A stretch of DNA of 64,000 nt from Nocardioides sp. (lineage in GTDB: Bacteria > Actinomycetota > Actinomycetes > Propionibacteriales > Nocardioidaceae), in NCBI GenBank assembly GCA_020636915.1, contig JACJWV010000015.1, positions 59,218 to 123,217 on the forward strand, given 5' to 3'. Position numbers and translations under genes: made by a program. The notes below the pieces were generated by a model that searched no databases, had not been told where the DNA came from, and saw only the letters and a program-made list of their open reading frames with translations. This document shows, piece by piece, positions 10,408 through 20,358 of this stretch (its first letter is position 1; each line of letters begins with the position of its first letter).

Positions 10408-12564
10408 GTGATGGGTGAGCTGCGCGCGCACCGCTGGACGCTCGTCGCGTGCGCGCTCGTCGCCGTCCTCCACGTCGTCGTCCTGGTGACCCTGGCCGCG
10501 CGCGCCGGCGACGGTCCGCACCGGGCGCCGCTCACGATCGCGGCGCCGGCCGTCGTCGCACAGCAGCTCGCCGAGGAGGCCGCGGCCATGCCCGGGCAGC
10601 CTTTCGAGGCGGACTGGACGGACGACGCCGCCGCGGCGCGCGAGGCGGTGCGGAGCGGCCGATCGGTCGCCGCCGTCCTCGTCGACCTGCGCGAGACCCA
10701 CGACGTCGTCCTTGTGAACGGCGGCGCCGACCCGGAGCTGAATGCCGCCGTCGCCGACCGCCTCGCGTCGATCGAGAAGGCGCGCGACCGGACGGTCGAG
10801 GTCCGCGAGCTGACCCGCCCGGGCACCGCGGAGGCCGAGGTCTCGATCCGCGACTACGTGCTCCTGTGCGGGTTGCTCGGCTTCGGGTTCGTCATCGCCA
10901 TCTCGCTGGTCCGCGGGCCGGTGGCCGAGTCGGCGACGGGTGGGGCTGTCCGGCTCGGGGCACTCGCCCTCGTGTCCGGGCTCGGAGCCACCCTTCTGCA
11001 GCTGCTGCCGGGCACCGGTCTGCCCGGCAGCGACCTGGAGGTGATCGGCATCGGCGCGGGCTACGCCTTCGCCATCGGGGCGGTCACGCTCGCCGTCGAG
11101 AGCCTGGCCGGCCTGGTCGGGCTCGCGATCGTCGCTGCGACGTACTTCGTGCTCGCGACGCCACTCCTCACCGGCACCAGCCAGTACCTCCTGCCACCGC
11201 CGTGGCCGACCGTGACGCCATGGCTGCTCACCGGGGCCACCCAGCAGGCGCTGGCCGGGGTCACCTACCTGGACCCGGGCCGGGTCACCCGGCCCCTCCT
11301 CGAGCTCGGCGCCGTCGTGGTGCTGGCCCTCGTCGTGCTCGGCCTCGCCCGGCTGATCCACAGCCGGACCGACCCGGCGGCGCCGCACTCGAGCGCGCCG
11401 GCCCGACACTGGCGCCTGTGGGTGATCGGCGTGGTCCTGCCGCTCGCCGCGTCGATGGCCCTGGCGATCGCCCTCGTCCCGGGCGACGTCAGCCAGCCGC
11501 AGCCGACGCCGAGCATCGCGTCGGCCACGACGTGCCTCGAGGACGCGACCCCGACGCGCAACATCGCGGACATCAACCACCAGATCGAGACCCTGCAGGG
11601 GAGCCCGGCGTTCCAGGGGGCGGACGTCGGCGCGGACGTGCAGCTCCAGGACGGGCGGTTCCTGCTGGTCTTCGGGGACACGCTGCGCAGCAAGGCGTTC
11701 GAGGGCCCGTCCTTCGCGCGCAACTCGATGATGCTCTGGGACACCGACTGCGTCTCCGTGGTGCTGCCGCCGTCGAAGGGTGCGATCATCCCGGACCGTC
11801 CGGACGGGATCGGCTACTGGCCGATGTCGGCGGTGGTCGCCCACCGGCCGGGCTACGACCTCGTCCTGGTCTCGACCCAGCGGGTCGCGACCACCGGTGG
11901 TGGTTCGTTCGACTTCGCGAACCTCGGACCCTCGCTCGCCGTGTTCGTCGTCCCCGTCGGCGGGACCCCTCAGCTGATCGCGACCAAGGACTTCGGTCCG
12001 GACAGCGACGACACCGACCGGCCCGAGTGGGGCGCGGCGCTCGCGGTCGCCGACGGCTGGCTCTACGCCTACGGCACCGCGCGGCCGCCCGGCAGCGACG
12101 CCCTCGGGTTCTCGCTGCGCGTCGGTCGGGTGCGGCCCGACGACGCGCTCGACCCGTCCGCGTGGCGCTACTGGGACGGATCGACGTGGCAGACCGATGC
12201 CGACCGGGCCGCGGACGTGATCGACGCCGGGAGCGGCGGCGTCTCGGAGACCCTGAGCGTCTTCCACCGCGGCGACCGCTGGTACGCCCTCAGCAAGCTC
12301 GACGGCGACCTCGGGGACCAGCTGGTCTTCTGGACGGCGCCGGGCCCGACCGGCCCGTTCACGCTCGCCGGGTCGGTCGCCACGATCCCGTCGGACCCGG
12401 CGACCGGCGAGGTGACCTACATGCCGCTCGCGCACCCGGGGTTCCTCCCGCGCCAGGGGACGATGGTCGTCTCCTACAGCCGCAACAACACCGACTTCTC
12501 CAAGATCGAGGCGGACCCGACGCTCTACCGGCCCACGCTGCTCAGGGTGCCGTTGCCGCAGTGA
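10408..12564 (+). CDS. Membrane protein: ABC-2/YhgE-Pip-like TM region fused to a DUF4185-like beta-propeller (paralog 1)
   Basis: About 7 TM segments with AAREAVRSG..AAV and LLPPPW, then GAD..LLVFGDT, RNSM, YWPMS, WGAA, WRYWDG, TY...HP, VSYSRN. Confidence 0.7.
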   Translation: MMGELRAHRWTLVACALVAVLHVVVLVTLAARAGDGPHRAPLTIAAPAVVAQQLAEEAAAMPGQPFEADWTDDAAAAREAVRSGRSVAAVLVDLRETHDVVLVNGGADPELNAAVADRLASIEKARDRTVEVRELTRPGTAEAEVSIRDYVLLCGLLGFGFVIAISLVRGPVAESATGGAVRLGALALVSGLGATLLQLLPGTGLPGSDLEVIGIGAGYAFAIGAVTLAVESLAGLVGLAIVAATYFVLATPLLTGTSQYLLPPPWPTVTPWLLTGATQQALAGVTYLDPGRVTRPLLELGAVVVLALVVLGLARLIHSRTDPAAPHSSAPARHWRLWVIGVVLPLAASMALAIALVPGDVSQPQPTPSIASATTCLEDATPTRNIADINHQIETLQGSPAFQGADVGADVQLQDGRFLLVFGDTLRSKAFEGPSFARNSMMLWDTDCVSVVLPPSKGAIIPDRPDGIGYWPMSAVVAHRPGYDLVLVSTQRVATTGGGSFDFANLGPSLAVFVVPVGGTPQLIATKDFGPDSDDTDRPEWGAALAVADGWLYAYGTARPPGSDALGFSLRVGRVRPDDALDPSAWRYWDGSTWQTDADRAADVIDAGSGGVSETLSVFHRGDRWYALSKLDGDLGDQLVFWTAPGPTGPFTLAGSVATIPSDPATGEVTYMPLAHPGFLPRQGTMVVSYSRNNTDFSKIEADPTLYRPTLLRVPLPQ

Positions 12565-15500
12565 CGTCGCCCGGACCGGGTCCCGGCTCGGGTCCCGGCT
12601 CAGCCCCCGGCTCGGGTCCGGCCCCGTCCGCCGCCACGGGCTCGGGCTCGCCCTCGATCGAGACGTGCGGCAGCAGCCGGTCCAGCCACCGGGGCAGCCA
12701 CCACGCAGCGCGCCCGAACAGCACCAGCACGGCGGGCGCCAGCGTCACCACGAGGATGCCGGCGAGCAGGACCGCCACCGAGAGACCGACGCCGAACTGC
12801 TTGATCGTCGGGTCGTCGTTGAGGATGAAGCTGGCGAAGACCGACGCCATGATCAGCGCGGCGGCCGTGGTGATCCGGGCGCTCGACCCGAGCGCCGAGC
12901 GCACCGCCTCGGCGGGCTCCTCGCCGGCGTGGTGGTGCTGCTGCACGTGGCTGACGAGGAACACCTCGTAGTCCATCGAGAGCCCGAAGAGCCCCGCGAA
13001 CATCATCAGCGGGACGTAGCTGGCGATCGGCACCGAGCTGTCGGCCGTGTCGATGCCGAGCAGCGAGATGCCCCAGCCCCACTGGAACGCGGCGGTGAGC
13101 ACCCCGAAGGCCGCAGCCGCGGACAGCAGGTTGGTGACCGCTGCCTGGAGCGGGACGAGCAGCGAACGGAAGGCGATCATCAGCAGCACGAAGCCGAGGA
13201 GGATCACGGTGCCGATCACCAGCAGCAGCCGCGCCGAGATCAGCGACGCGAGGTCGACGTACGACGCCGTGTAGCCGCCCACGTGCGACTCGATGCCCTC
13301 GCCGGCGTTGGTCTCGGGCAGGACGTCGTCGCGGACGTGGACGACGAGCGCCGCGGTGTCGTCGGACGCGGGCGCGGTGCGCGGCACCGCCGACAGCAGC
13401 ACCACGTCGCCCTTCTCGTTGAGCTGCGGCGGCGTCAGGGAGACGACCCCCGCCGTGCCGGAGAGCCCCGCCTGCAGGTCGACGATCCGGGTGTCGGTGC
13501 CGCGCGGGTCGCCACCGGCCTCGGTCACCATCGCGGTGAGCTCCTTCTTCAGCTGCTCGGCCTGCTTCTTCTCCTGCTGGGCCTGCTGCTGCTCCTTCTT
13601 CAGCTCGTCGGCCCGGGCCTGCAGCTGGTCCGCCTGCTGCTGCAGGTCAGCGGCCTCCTTCTCCAGCTGGTCGGCCTGGGTCTGGAGCCGGTCGGCCTGG
13701 CGCTGGAGGTCGGCGGCCTGCTGCTCGAGCGTCGCCTTCTGCGCCTGGAGCTCGTCGGCCTGTCGCTGGAGCGCCGCGGCCTGCTGCTGCAGGTGCGCGG
13801 CCTGGGCCTGCAGGTGGCGGGCCTGGTCGGCCAGGTGGTGGGCGCGGGCGGTCAGCGGGGCGAGCTCCTGCTCCACGGCGGCCTGGCGCTCGTGGACCCG
13901 GGCGAGCCGCTCCCGCAGCCGGGCGACCCGGTCCGGGTGACCCTGGGCGTGGTCGATGCGTCGTTGCAGGATCCTCGCGCGCACGTCGAGGCGCGCGAGC
14001 TCCCGGGCGAGCGGCTCGATCTGCGCGGCCAGGGCCCGGGCCTTGCGCTCCAGCGCGCTCCGCTCGGCCTGCAGCCGCGCCTGCTCGGCCTCGAGCTCCT
14101 GCTGCTGCCGCTCGAGCGCCGCTGCCTGCTGCTCGAGCCCGGCCTGCTGCGCCTTCAGCTCGTCGCCCTGCCGCTGCAGCTGGTCCTGCTCCCGCTCGAG
14201 CTCGGCCTTGCGGTCCTCGAGCTCACCCTGCTGCTTCTCGAGCTGCCGCTGCTGGGCCTCGAGCTCCTGCTGCTGCTTCGGCAGCTGCTTCTGCTTCTGC
14301 TCCAGGTCCTTCTGCAGCGACTGGGCCTGGTCGTACTTCGTCGTGTACTCCTGGCTGGGCGCGGCGACCGGGTCGAGCGCCGAGGCGACCTGCAGCGGCC
14401 CGTTGTAGCCGACGCCGAAGCCGGCGGTGATCAGGTCGTAGGCCTGCCGCTCCGTGGTGTCCGGCGACGTGGCACCGATGTCCTCCTGGCCGAGCTCGAG
14501 GGAGAAGACCGGGATGATCAGCGGCACCAGGGCGGCGAGCGAGACCACGGTGACGACCACCGGGTGGCGACGTACGACGCCGGCCCACCGGGCCCACATG
14601 CCCAGGCCGTGCTGGCGGTGCGGTCGCAGGAACCGTGGCAGGGCCAGCCGCATGATCCCGTGGTCGAGCAGCCCGAGGAACGCCGGCAGCAGGGTGACCG
14701 CGACCAGCACGGCGGCGACGACGGCGATCGCCGAGGCGAGCCCGAGGGCGCTGACCAGAGGGATCTGGGCGACGCCGAGCGAGAGCAGCGCGATGACGAC
14801 CGTGCATCCGGCGAACACGACCGCGCTCCCGGACGTCGCGACGGTCTGCGCGACCGAGTCGACCACGGGCATCCCGGTCCGGAGGTTGTCCTGGTGCCGG
14901 GTGATGAGGAACAGCGCGTAGTCGATCCCCACGCCGAGGCCGATCATCGTCGCGAGGGTCGGACCGCTGGAGGGGATGCCCACGGCGTGGCCGACGAGCC
15001 CGACCACGGAGAGGGCGACACCCAGGCCGACCACGGCGGTGACGATCGGCAGGCCCATCGCGACCAGGCTGCCGAGCACCAGGCTGAGGATGACCATCGC
15101 GGCGACGATGCCCACGACCTCGCTGGTCTCGGTGCCCTCGGTCGAGAGCGTCGAGCCGATCGACCCGCCGGCGGCCACCGTGATCCCGGCGCGCTGGGCG
15201 GGCTCCGTCGCGTCGAGGACGCGCTGCGCCTCCGCCTCCGTCAGGTCGCCGGACCCGATGTCGAGCAGCACCGGCGCGAAGGCGGTCTGCTGGTCCTTCG
15301 CCAGCAGGCCGGCGGTCTGGCCCGAGCTGCTGGTCGGGTTGGTGACGCTGTAGACGTGGGGGACCTCGCGCATCGCCTTGACCGATGCGGTGACCGCCTG
15401 CCGGTGGTCGTCGTCGGTCAGCGTGCCGGTGTCGACGTCGAAGACGATGGGGTTGACGCCGTTCTGCTGGGGCGGGAAGCGGTCCGCCAGCAGGTCCTTG

Positions 15501-15664
15501 GCCTCCTGGCTGTCGGTCCCCGGCAGCGACAGGTCGTTGTTCGTCTGGGCGCCGACGGCCGACACGGTGGCGCCGATCCCGATCACCAGCAGTGCCCAGA
15601 CCGCGATGACGAGGAGCCGGCGCCGCGCGCAGAAGGAGCCGAGCCGGTGCAGCAGTCGTGCCAC
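12542..15664 (-). CDS. MMPL/RND family transporter with long coiled-coil insertion
   Basis: GLGVGIDYALF, FGVGYNGPL, FGLSMDYEVFL, RITTAAALIM; Q/E/K/A heptad-rich insert at about 13535-14350. Confidence 0.92.
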   Translation of the reverse strand: MARLLHRLGSFCARRRLLVIAVWALLVIGIGATVSAVGAQTNNDLSLPGTDSQEAKDLLADRFPPQQNGVNPIVFDVDTGTLTDDDHRQAVTASVKAMREVPHVYSVTNPTSSSGQTAGLLAKDQQTAFAPVLLDIGSGDLTEAEAQRVLDATEPAQRAGITVAAGGSIGSTLSTEGTETSEVVGIVAAMVILSLVLGSLVAMGLPIVTAVVGLGVALSVVGLVGHAVGIPSSGPTLATMIGLGVGIDYALFLITRHQDNLRTGMPVVDSVAQTVATSGSAVVFAGCTVVIALLSLGVAQIPLVSALGLASAIAVVAAVLVAVTLLPAFLGLLDHGIMRLALPRFLRPHRQHGLGMWARWAGVVRRHPVVVTVVSLAALVPLIIPVFSLELGQEDIGATSPDTTERQAYDLITAGFGVGYNGPLQVASALDPVAAPSQEYTTKYDQAQSLQKDLEQKQKQLPKQQQELEAQQRQLEKQQGELEDRKAELEREQDQLQRQGDELKAQQAGLEQQAAALERQQQELEAEQARLQAERSALERKARALAAQIEPLARELARLDVRARILQRRIDHAQGHPDRVARLRERLARVHERQAAVEQELAPLTARAHHLADQARHLQAQAAHLQQQAAALQRQADELQAQKATLEQQAADLQRQADRLQTQADQLEKEAADLQQQADQLQARADELKKEQQQAQQEKKQAEQLKKELTAMVTEAGGDPRGTDTRIVDLQAGLSGTAGVVSLTPPQLNEKGDVVLLSAVPRTAPASDDTAALVVHVRDDVLPETNAGEGIESHVGGYTASYVDLASLISARLLLVIGTVILLGFVLLMIAFRSLLVPLQAAVTNLLSAAAAFGVLTAAFQWGWGISLLGIDTADSSVPIASYVPLMMFAGLFGLSMDYEVFLVSHVQQHHHAGEEPAEAVRSALGSSARITTAAALIMASVFASFILNDDPTIKQFGVGLSVAVLLAGILVVTLAPAVLVLFGRAAWWLPRWLDRLLPHVSIEGEPEPVAADGAGPEPGAEPGPEPGPGPGDVTAATAP

Positions 15665-15789
15665 GGACCCTCCCTCCGCCCGTCCGAGGATGCCCGACCC
15701 GGTCCGGCGATGGGAAGCGTGAGCGCGGGGGCGGGCCGGCGCGAGAGACTGGCGCCGTGTCCTCGGGGGCCGGTGGGCAGGGAGGTCGC

Positions 15790-17940
15790 GTGGTCGAACC
15801 GCGGGGTGGGGGTCGGTGGACCCTGGTCGCCTGCCTGGTCGTGGTCGTCGTCCACGTCGTCGTCCTCACGACCCTGGCGGCCCGCGCCGGCGACGGGCCG
15901 CACCGGGCGCCGGTCCTGGTCGCGGCTCCGGCGGTCGTGGCGCAGGCACTCGCCCACGAGGCATCGACGCTCCCGGGGGATCCGTTCGAGGCCGACTGGA
16001 CCGCTGACCCCCTGGCCGCCGACCGGGCGGTCCGCGACGGTGAGGCGGTCGCCGCCGTCCTCGTCGACCTGCCCGCGACCCACGACGTCGTGCTCGTCAA
16101 CGGCGGCGCGGACCCGGCCCTGAACCAGGCCGTCGTGGACCGGATCACGGCGATCGAGGAGGCCCGCGACCGCACGGTCGAGGTGCGTGAGCTGACCCGT
16201 CCCGGGACGTCCGGCGCGGAGACCGCGATCCGGACCTACGTGCTGCTCTGCGGTCTCCTCGGCTTCGGCTTCGTGCTCGCCGTCTCGATGGTCCGTGGCC
16301 CGGTGGCCTCCTCCGCGACGGCCGGCGTCCGCCGGCTGCTGTCGCTGGCCGCCGTGTCCCTGGTCGGGGCGGGCGTCCTGCAGCTGGTCCCGGCGGTGCG
16401 GCTGCCCGGCGACCTGCTCCCCGTGGCCGCGGTCGGGGCGGGCTACGCCTTCACCCTCGGCGCGATCACCCTGGCGGTCGAGGCGCTGGCCGGGCTGGTC
16501 GGCCTCGCGATCGTCGCGGCGACGTACTTCGTGCTGGCGACGCCGCTGCTCACCGGCACCAGCCAGTACCTGCTCCCGCCTCCGTGGCCCACGGTCACGC
16601 CGTTCCTGATGACCGGGGCGACGCAGCAGGCCCTGGCCGGGCTGACCTACCTGGGTCCCGGGCTCGTCCTGCGTCCGGCGCTCGAGCTGGCAGCGATCGC
16701 CCTGGTCGCCGTGCTCGCGCTCTGGTGGGCGCGGCTGGTGAGCCGCGGTGCCGGGTCGCGGGGGCGCGGTGTGCCCGAGCGCCACTGGCGGCTGCGGGTC
16801 GTGGGCGCGGTGGTGCCCCTGGCCGCCGCGCTGGCCCTCGTGGTCGCGGTGGTCCCGACGGACGCCGAGGCGGGCCGCCCGGTCCCGAGCATCGCCTCGG
16901 AGACGAGCTGCATCGGCGCGCCCGCGCCGGCGCGCGACGTCGACGAGCTCAACCAGCAGCTCGCGGCGCTGCAGGAGAGCCCGGCCTTCCGCGGGGCCGA
17001 CGTGGGGGCGGACGCCCAGCTGCAGGACGGGCGCTTCCTGCTGGTCTTCGGGGACACGGTGCGCAGCTCGACCTTCGACGGCCCGCCGTCCGTCCGCAAC
17101 TCGATGCTCCTGTGGGACACCGGCTGCATCTCGGTCGTGCTGCCACCGTCGAGGGGGGCGCTGATCCCGGACCGGCCCGACGGAGTGGGCTACTGGCCGA
17201 TGTCGACCTCGGTCGCGCACCGGCTGGGCTACGACCTCGTCCTGGTGTCCGCGCAGCGCGTCGCCACCACCGGTGAGGGCTCCTTCGACTTCGCCAACCT
17301 GGGGCCGGCCCTCGCGCTGTTCGTGGTGCCGGTCGACGGCACCCCGCAGCTGCTCGGCGTCACGGAGCTCGGGCCCGACGACGCCGACCCGGCCCGCCCC
17401 GAGTGGGGAGCGGCGATGACCATCGGTGACGACGGCTGGCTCCACGTCTACGGCACCGCGCGGCCCACCGCCAGCGACGCCCTCGGCTTCGCGATGCGGG
17501 TGGCCCGGGTGCCGGTCGACAGTGCCCTCGACCTGTCGTCGTGGCAGTACTGGGACGGCTCGACGTGGCAGTCGGACCCCGACTTCGCGGTCGACGTGAT
17601 CCCGGCGCGGGGTGGGGTGTCCCAGACGCTGAGCGTCTTCCACGACGGGAACCGGTGGTACGCCGTCAGCAAGCTCGACGGCGACCTCGGTGACCAGCTC
17701 GTCTTCTGGACCTCGCCCGGCCCCACCGGGCCGTTCACCCCCACCGACCCCGTGGCGACCATCCCGTCCGACCCCGAGACGGGCGCGGTGACCTACATGC
17801 CCCTCGCCCACCCGGACCTCCTCCCCGTCCCCGGGACGATGGTCGTGTCCTACAGCCGCAACAACACCGACTTCTCGAAGGTGAAGGCGGACCCGAGCAT
17901 CTACCTCCCGACGCTGATCCGGGTGCCGCTGCCGCAGTGA
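15790..17940 (+). CDS. Membrane protein: ABC-2/YhgE-Pip-like TM region fused to a DUF4185-like beta-propeller (paralog 2)
   Basis: Collinear with 10408-12564, with identical blocks such as LAGLVGLAIVAATYFVLATPLLTGTSQYLLPPPWPTVTP; GGAGG at 15781. Confidence 0.7.
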   Translation: MVEPRGGGRWTLVACLVVVVVHVVVLTTLAARAGDGPHRAPVLVAAPAVVAQALAHEASTLPGDPFEADWTADPLAADRAVRDGEAVAAVLVDLPATHDVVLVNGGADPALNQAVVDRITAIEEARDRTVEVRELTRPGTSGAETAIRTYVLLCGLLGFGFVLAVSMVRGPVASSATAGVRRLLSLAAVSLVGAGVLQLVPAVRLPGDLLPVAAVGAGYAFTLGAITLAVEALAGLVGLAIVAATYFVLATPLLTGTSQYLLPPPWPTVTPFLMTGATQQALAGLTYLGPGLVLRPALELAAIALVAVLALWWARLVSRGAGSRGRGVPERHWRLRVVGAVVPLAAALALVVAVVPTDAEAGRPVPSIASETSCIGAPAPARDVDELNQQLAALQESPAFRGADVGADAQLQDGRFLLVFGDTVRSSTFDGPPSVRNSMLLWDTGCISVVLPPSRGALIPDRPDGVGYWPMSTSVAHRLGYDLVLVSAQRVATTGEGSFDFANLGPALALFVVPVDGTPQLLGVTELGPDDADPARPEWGAAMTIGDDGWLHVYGTARPTASDALGFAMRVARVPVDSALDLSSWQYWDGSTWQSDPDFAVDVIPARGGVSQTLSVFHDGNRWYAVSKLDGDLGDQLVFWTSPGPTGPFTPTDPVATIPSDPETGAVTYMPLAHPDLLPVPGTMVVSYSRNNTDFSKVKADPSIYLPTLIRVPLPQ

Positions 17941-17954
17941 CCGCTGGCCCGTCC

Positions 17955-18014
17955 GACGCGGGACGTCATCACGATCGTGGTGACGGTTGCTCGATCCTGA
18001 TGACGTCCCGCGTC
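17955..18014 (+). terminator. Long hairpin after paralog 2
   Basis: Perfect 17-bp inverted repeat GACGCGGGACGTCATCA/TGATGACGTCCCGCGTC, extended inward by GATCG/CGATC. Confidence 0.65.
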
Positions 18015-18282
18015 CGCACCACCGCCCCGGGCCCGCGACCCCGAGCCGGGAAGCAGCGCCGGGCGAGCGGACCTCTCCCGTCGCCAGCCCGTCGGTCGCA
18101 ACCCGAGCGGACCCGCAGGCCGCCGGCAGTCACCGCCCGTTCGACGTCCGACGGTTCTCGACGAGCTCCAGCCACCGGCGGACCGGCCGTCGAATTCCGT
18201 GAGAACCCCGGCGCGCGCCGCGCGCTGCTGCCAGCGTTGCTCTCGAGGCGTCGGCGGGGTGCCGGTGGTGGAGGGAGGACGC

Positions 18283-19578
18283 GTGACCGCACTGCTCACG
18301 ATCGGGCTGGTGCTCGCGGCGTACAGCGCGGTCTCCGGTGTGCTGGACCGCCGAGGGGTCACCTCGGCGATGACCTTCGTCGTGGTCGGCCTGGTCGTGG
18401 GGGCCGGCGGTCTCGGCTGGCTGGACGTCCCGGTCGAGAGCGCCGGGGCGGAGCACGTCGCCGAGCTGGCGCTGGCCTACCTGCTCTTCACCGACTCGGC
18501 GCGGATCGACCTGCGGTCGCTGCGGCGCAGCCTGGCGTGGCCCGGTCGGCTGCTCCTGGTCGGCTTGCCGCTGACGATGGTCCTGGGTCTGGGCGTGGCG
18601 CTCCTGCTGTTCCCCGCGATGCCGCTGGCGAGCGCGTTCGTCCTGGCCACGATGCTCTGCTCGACCGACGCGGCCCTGGGCCAGCGGGTGGTCGAGGACG
18701 CGGCGGTGCCGGCGCGGGTCCGGCAGGCCCTCGACGTCGAGAGCGGGCTCAACGACGGTCTGGCGGTCCCCTTCTTCCTCGTCGCGGTCGACCTCGCCAC
18801 CGCCAACCTCCACGGCGGGTTCGGGGGTGCGGTGCTGCGGGAGGGAGCCGCGCAGATCGGCTGGGGCGTGGCGGCGGGGGTGGGTGTCGGTGCTGTGGGC
18901 GGCACCGTGCTCCGGTCCGCCGAGGAGCGGGGATGGATGCTCCCGCAGTGGCGCCAGCTGCTGGTCCTGGCGGTCGCCACGGCGTCGTACGCCGCGGCGG
19001 TGGCGCTCGGCGGGAGCGGCTTCATCGCGGCGTTCGTCGCCGGGATGGCGTACGGCGCGACCTCGCAGCAGCGTGGGCTGCGCGCCATGTACCTCGCCGA
19101 GGAGGTGGGCAACATCCTGGCCGCGGTGACCTGGCTGGGCTTCGGTGCGCTCGCGGTCAGCCGGGTCTGGTCCGACATCACCTGGCAGGTCGTCGTGTAC
19201 GCGCTGCTGAGCCTGACGCTGGTCCGGATGGTGCCCGTGGCCCTCGCGCTCGCGGGCACGGGCGCGCGCCGGCCGACCGTCGCCTTCATGGGCTGGTTCG
19301 GGCCGCGCGGCCTGGCGTCGGTCGTCTTCGGGCTGCTCGCGCTGGAGGCCGGTGTGCCCGACCTGGACCCGCTCCTCACCACGGTCGTGGTCACGGTCGC
19401 CCTGAGCGTCCTGCTGCACGGCCTGAGCGCGACGCCCCTGGTGGCCGTCTACCGCCGCTGGTACGACGCCCACCGGCGCTCGCCCGCGGAGACGACCGAG
19501 GTCGCCGAGGCGGTGCCGACACCGCTGACCCGGACCCGGCGCAGCGCCGGCCCGGCCCCGGAGGGCTCAGCCAGCTGA
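18283..19578 (+). CDS. Cation:proton antiporter (CPA1/NhaP type)
   Basis: STDAAL, ESGLNDG, GWFGPRGLAS; about 12 TM; GGAGG RBS. Confidence 0.9.
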   Translation: MTALLTIGLVLAAYSAVSGVLDRRGVTSAMTFVVVGLVVGAGGLGWLDVPVESAGAEHVAELALAYLLFTDSARIDLRSLRRSLAWPGRLLLVGLPLTMVLGLGVALLLFPAMPLASAFVLATMLCSTDAALGQRVVEDAAVPARVRQALDVESGLNDGLAVPFFLVAVDLATANLHGGFGGAVLREGAAQIGWGVAAGVGVGAVGGTVLRSAEERGWMLPQWRQLLVLAVATASYAAAVALGGSGFIAAFVAGMAYGATSQQRGLRAMYLAEEVGNILAAVTWLGFGALAVSRVWSDITWQVVVYALLSLTLVRMVPVALALAGTGARRPTVAFMGWFGPRGLASVVFGLLALEAGVPDLDPLLTTVVVTVALSVLLHGLSATPLVAVYRRWYDAHRRSPAETTEVAEAVPTPLTRTRRSAGPAPEGSAS

Positions 19579-20322
19579 GCGCTGCTCGAGCACGGCGAGG
19601 TCGCGCTCGGCGTACTCGCGGTGCAGCCACTCCTCGGTGAGGATCGCGCCGAGGGCCCGGCGGACGGCGTACGGCTCCGAGGTGGGGTAGCCGGGCTCGG
19701 TCACCGGCGTCGTCGTCGAGTCCAACCGCTCCGGTGTCAGGTCGGCCAGCACCTGCCGGACGACCGCGAATCGCGACTCGCGGACCTCGGCGATCTCGTC
19801 GAGGGAGGGCCGCACGCCGGGATCGGTGACCAGCCCGGGCACCTCCTCCTCCATCTCGGTGAAGGGCAGGCCGAGCGGGTGGTAGGGCGCCGGGTCGCCC
19901 AGCAGCACGCGCAGCACCCAGGCGTCGGTGGCGAACACCAGGTGCCGCAGCGTCTCGACGAAGGACCACTCGTCGCGGACCCGCTCGTGCAGCAGGCCAT
20001 CGGGGAGCGAGCGCGCGTGGGCCATCGTCGCGGCCCAGCGACGCTCGGTCATCGCCCAGCCCGCCCGGAAGTCGTCCACCGTCTCCGCCCGCACCAGCAC
20101 CCGGTCGGGGTCGCGGCGGTCGAGCTCGGCCTCGATGAGCGGGCCGACGTCGACCCCGTTGATCGTGAGCCCGTCGATCGCGCCGTCGATGTCGACGTGC
20201 TGGAACCAGATGCCGCGCATCACCACGTCGCGCAGGTAGACGTTGCGCCACCAGGAGCCGCTGAGGTCGACCTCCTCGAGCCGGGCGCCGGTCAGGTCCT
20301 TGCGGTAGATCTCCTCGGGCAT
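19567..20322 (-). CDS. DinB family protein with N-terminal pentapeptide-like region
   Basis: DLTGARLEEVDLSG; EWSFVETLRHL; EEWLHREYAERDL. Confidence 0.82.
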   Translation of the reverse strand: MPEEIYRKDLTGARLEEVDLSGSWWRNVYLRDVVMRGIWFQHVDIDGAIDGLTINGVDVGPLIEAELDRRDPDRVLVRAETVDDFRAGWAMTERRWAATMAHARSLPDGLLHERVRDEWSFVETLRHLVFATDAWVLRVLLGDPAPYHPLGLPFTEMEEEVPGLVTDPGVRPSLDEIAEVRESRFAVVRQVLADLTPERLDSTTTPVTEPGYPTSEPYAVRRALGAILTEEWLHREYAERDLAVLEQRSAG

Positions 20323-20358
20323 GGCGCCACCCTGCCACGCGTCACGGACACGACTCGG

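Noticed and set aside
12665-16123. 1152-aa plus-strand ORF and many other long overlapping ORFs (e.g. 34074-36695, 51627-54248, 10449-12971)
   Set aside because: Antisense or off-frame shadows typical of very high-GC DNA; Arg/Pro/Gly-rich with no motifs, overlapping well-supported genes.
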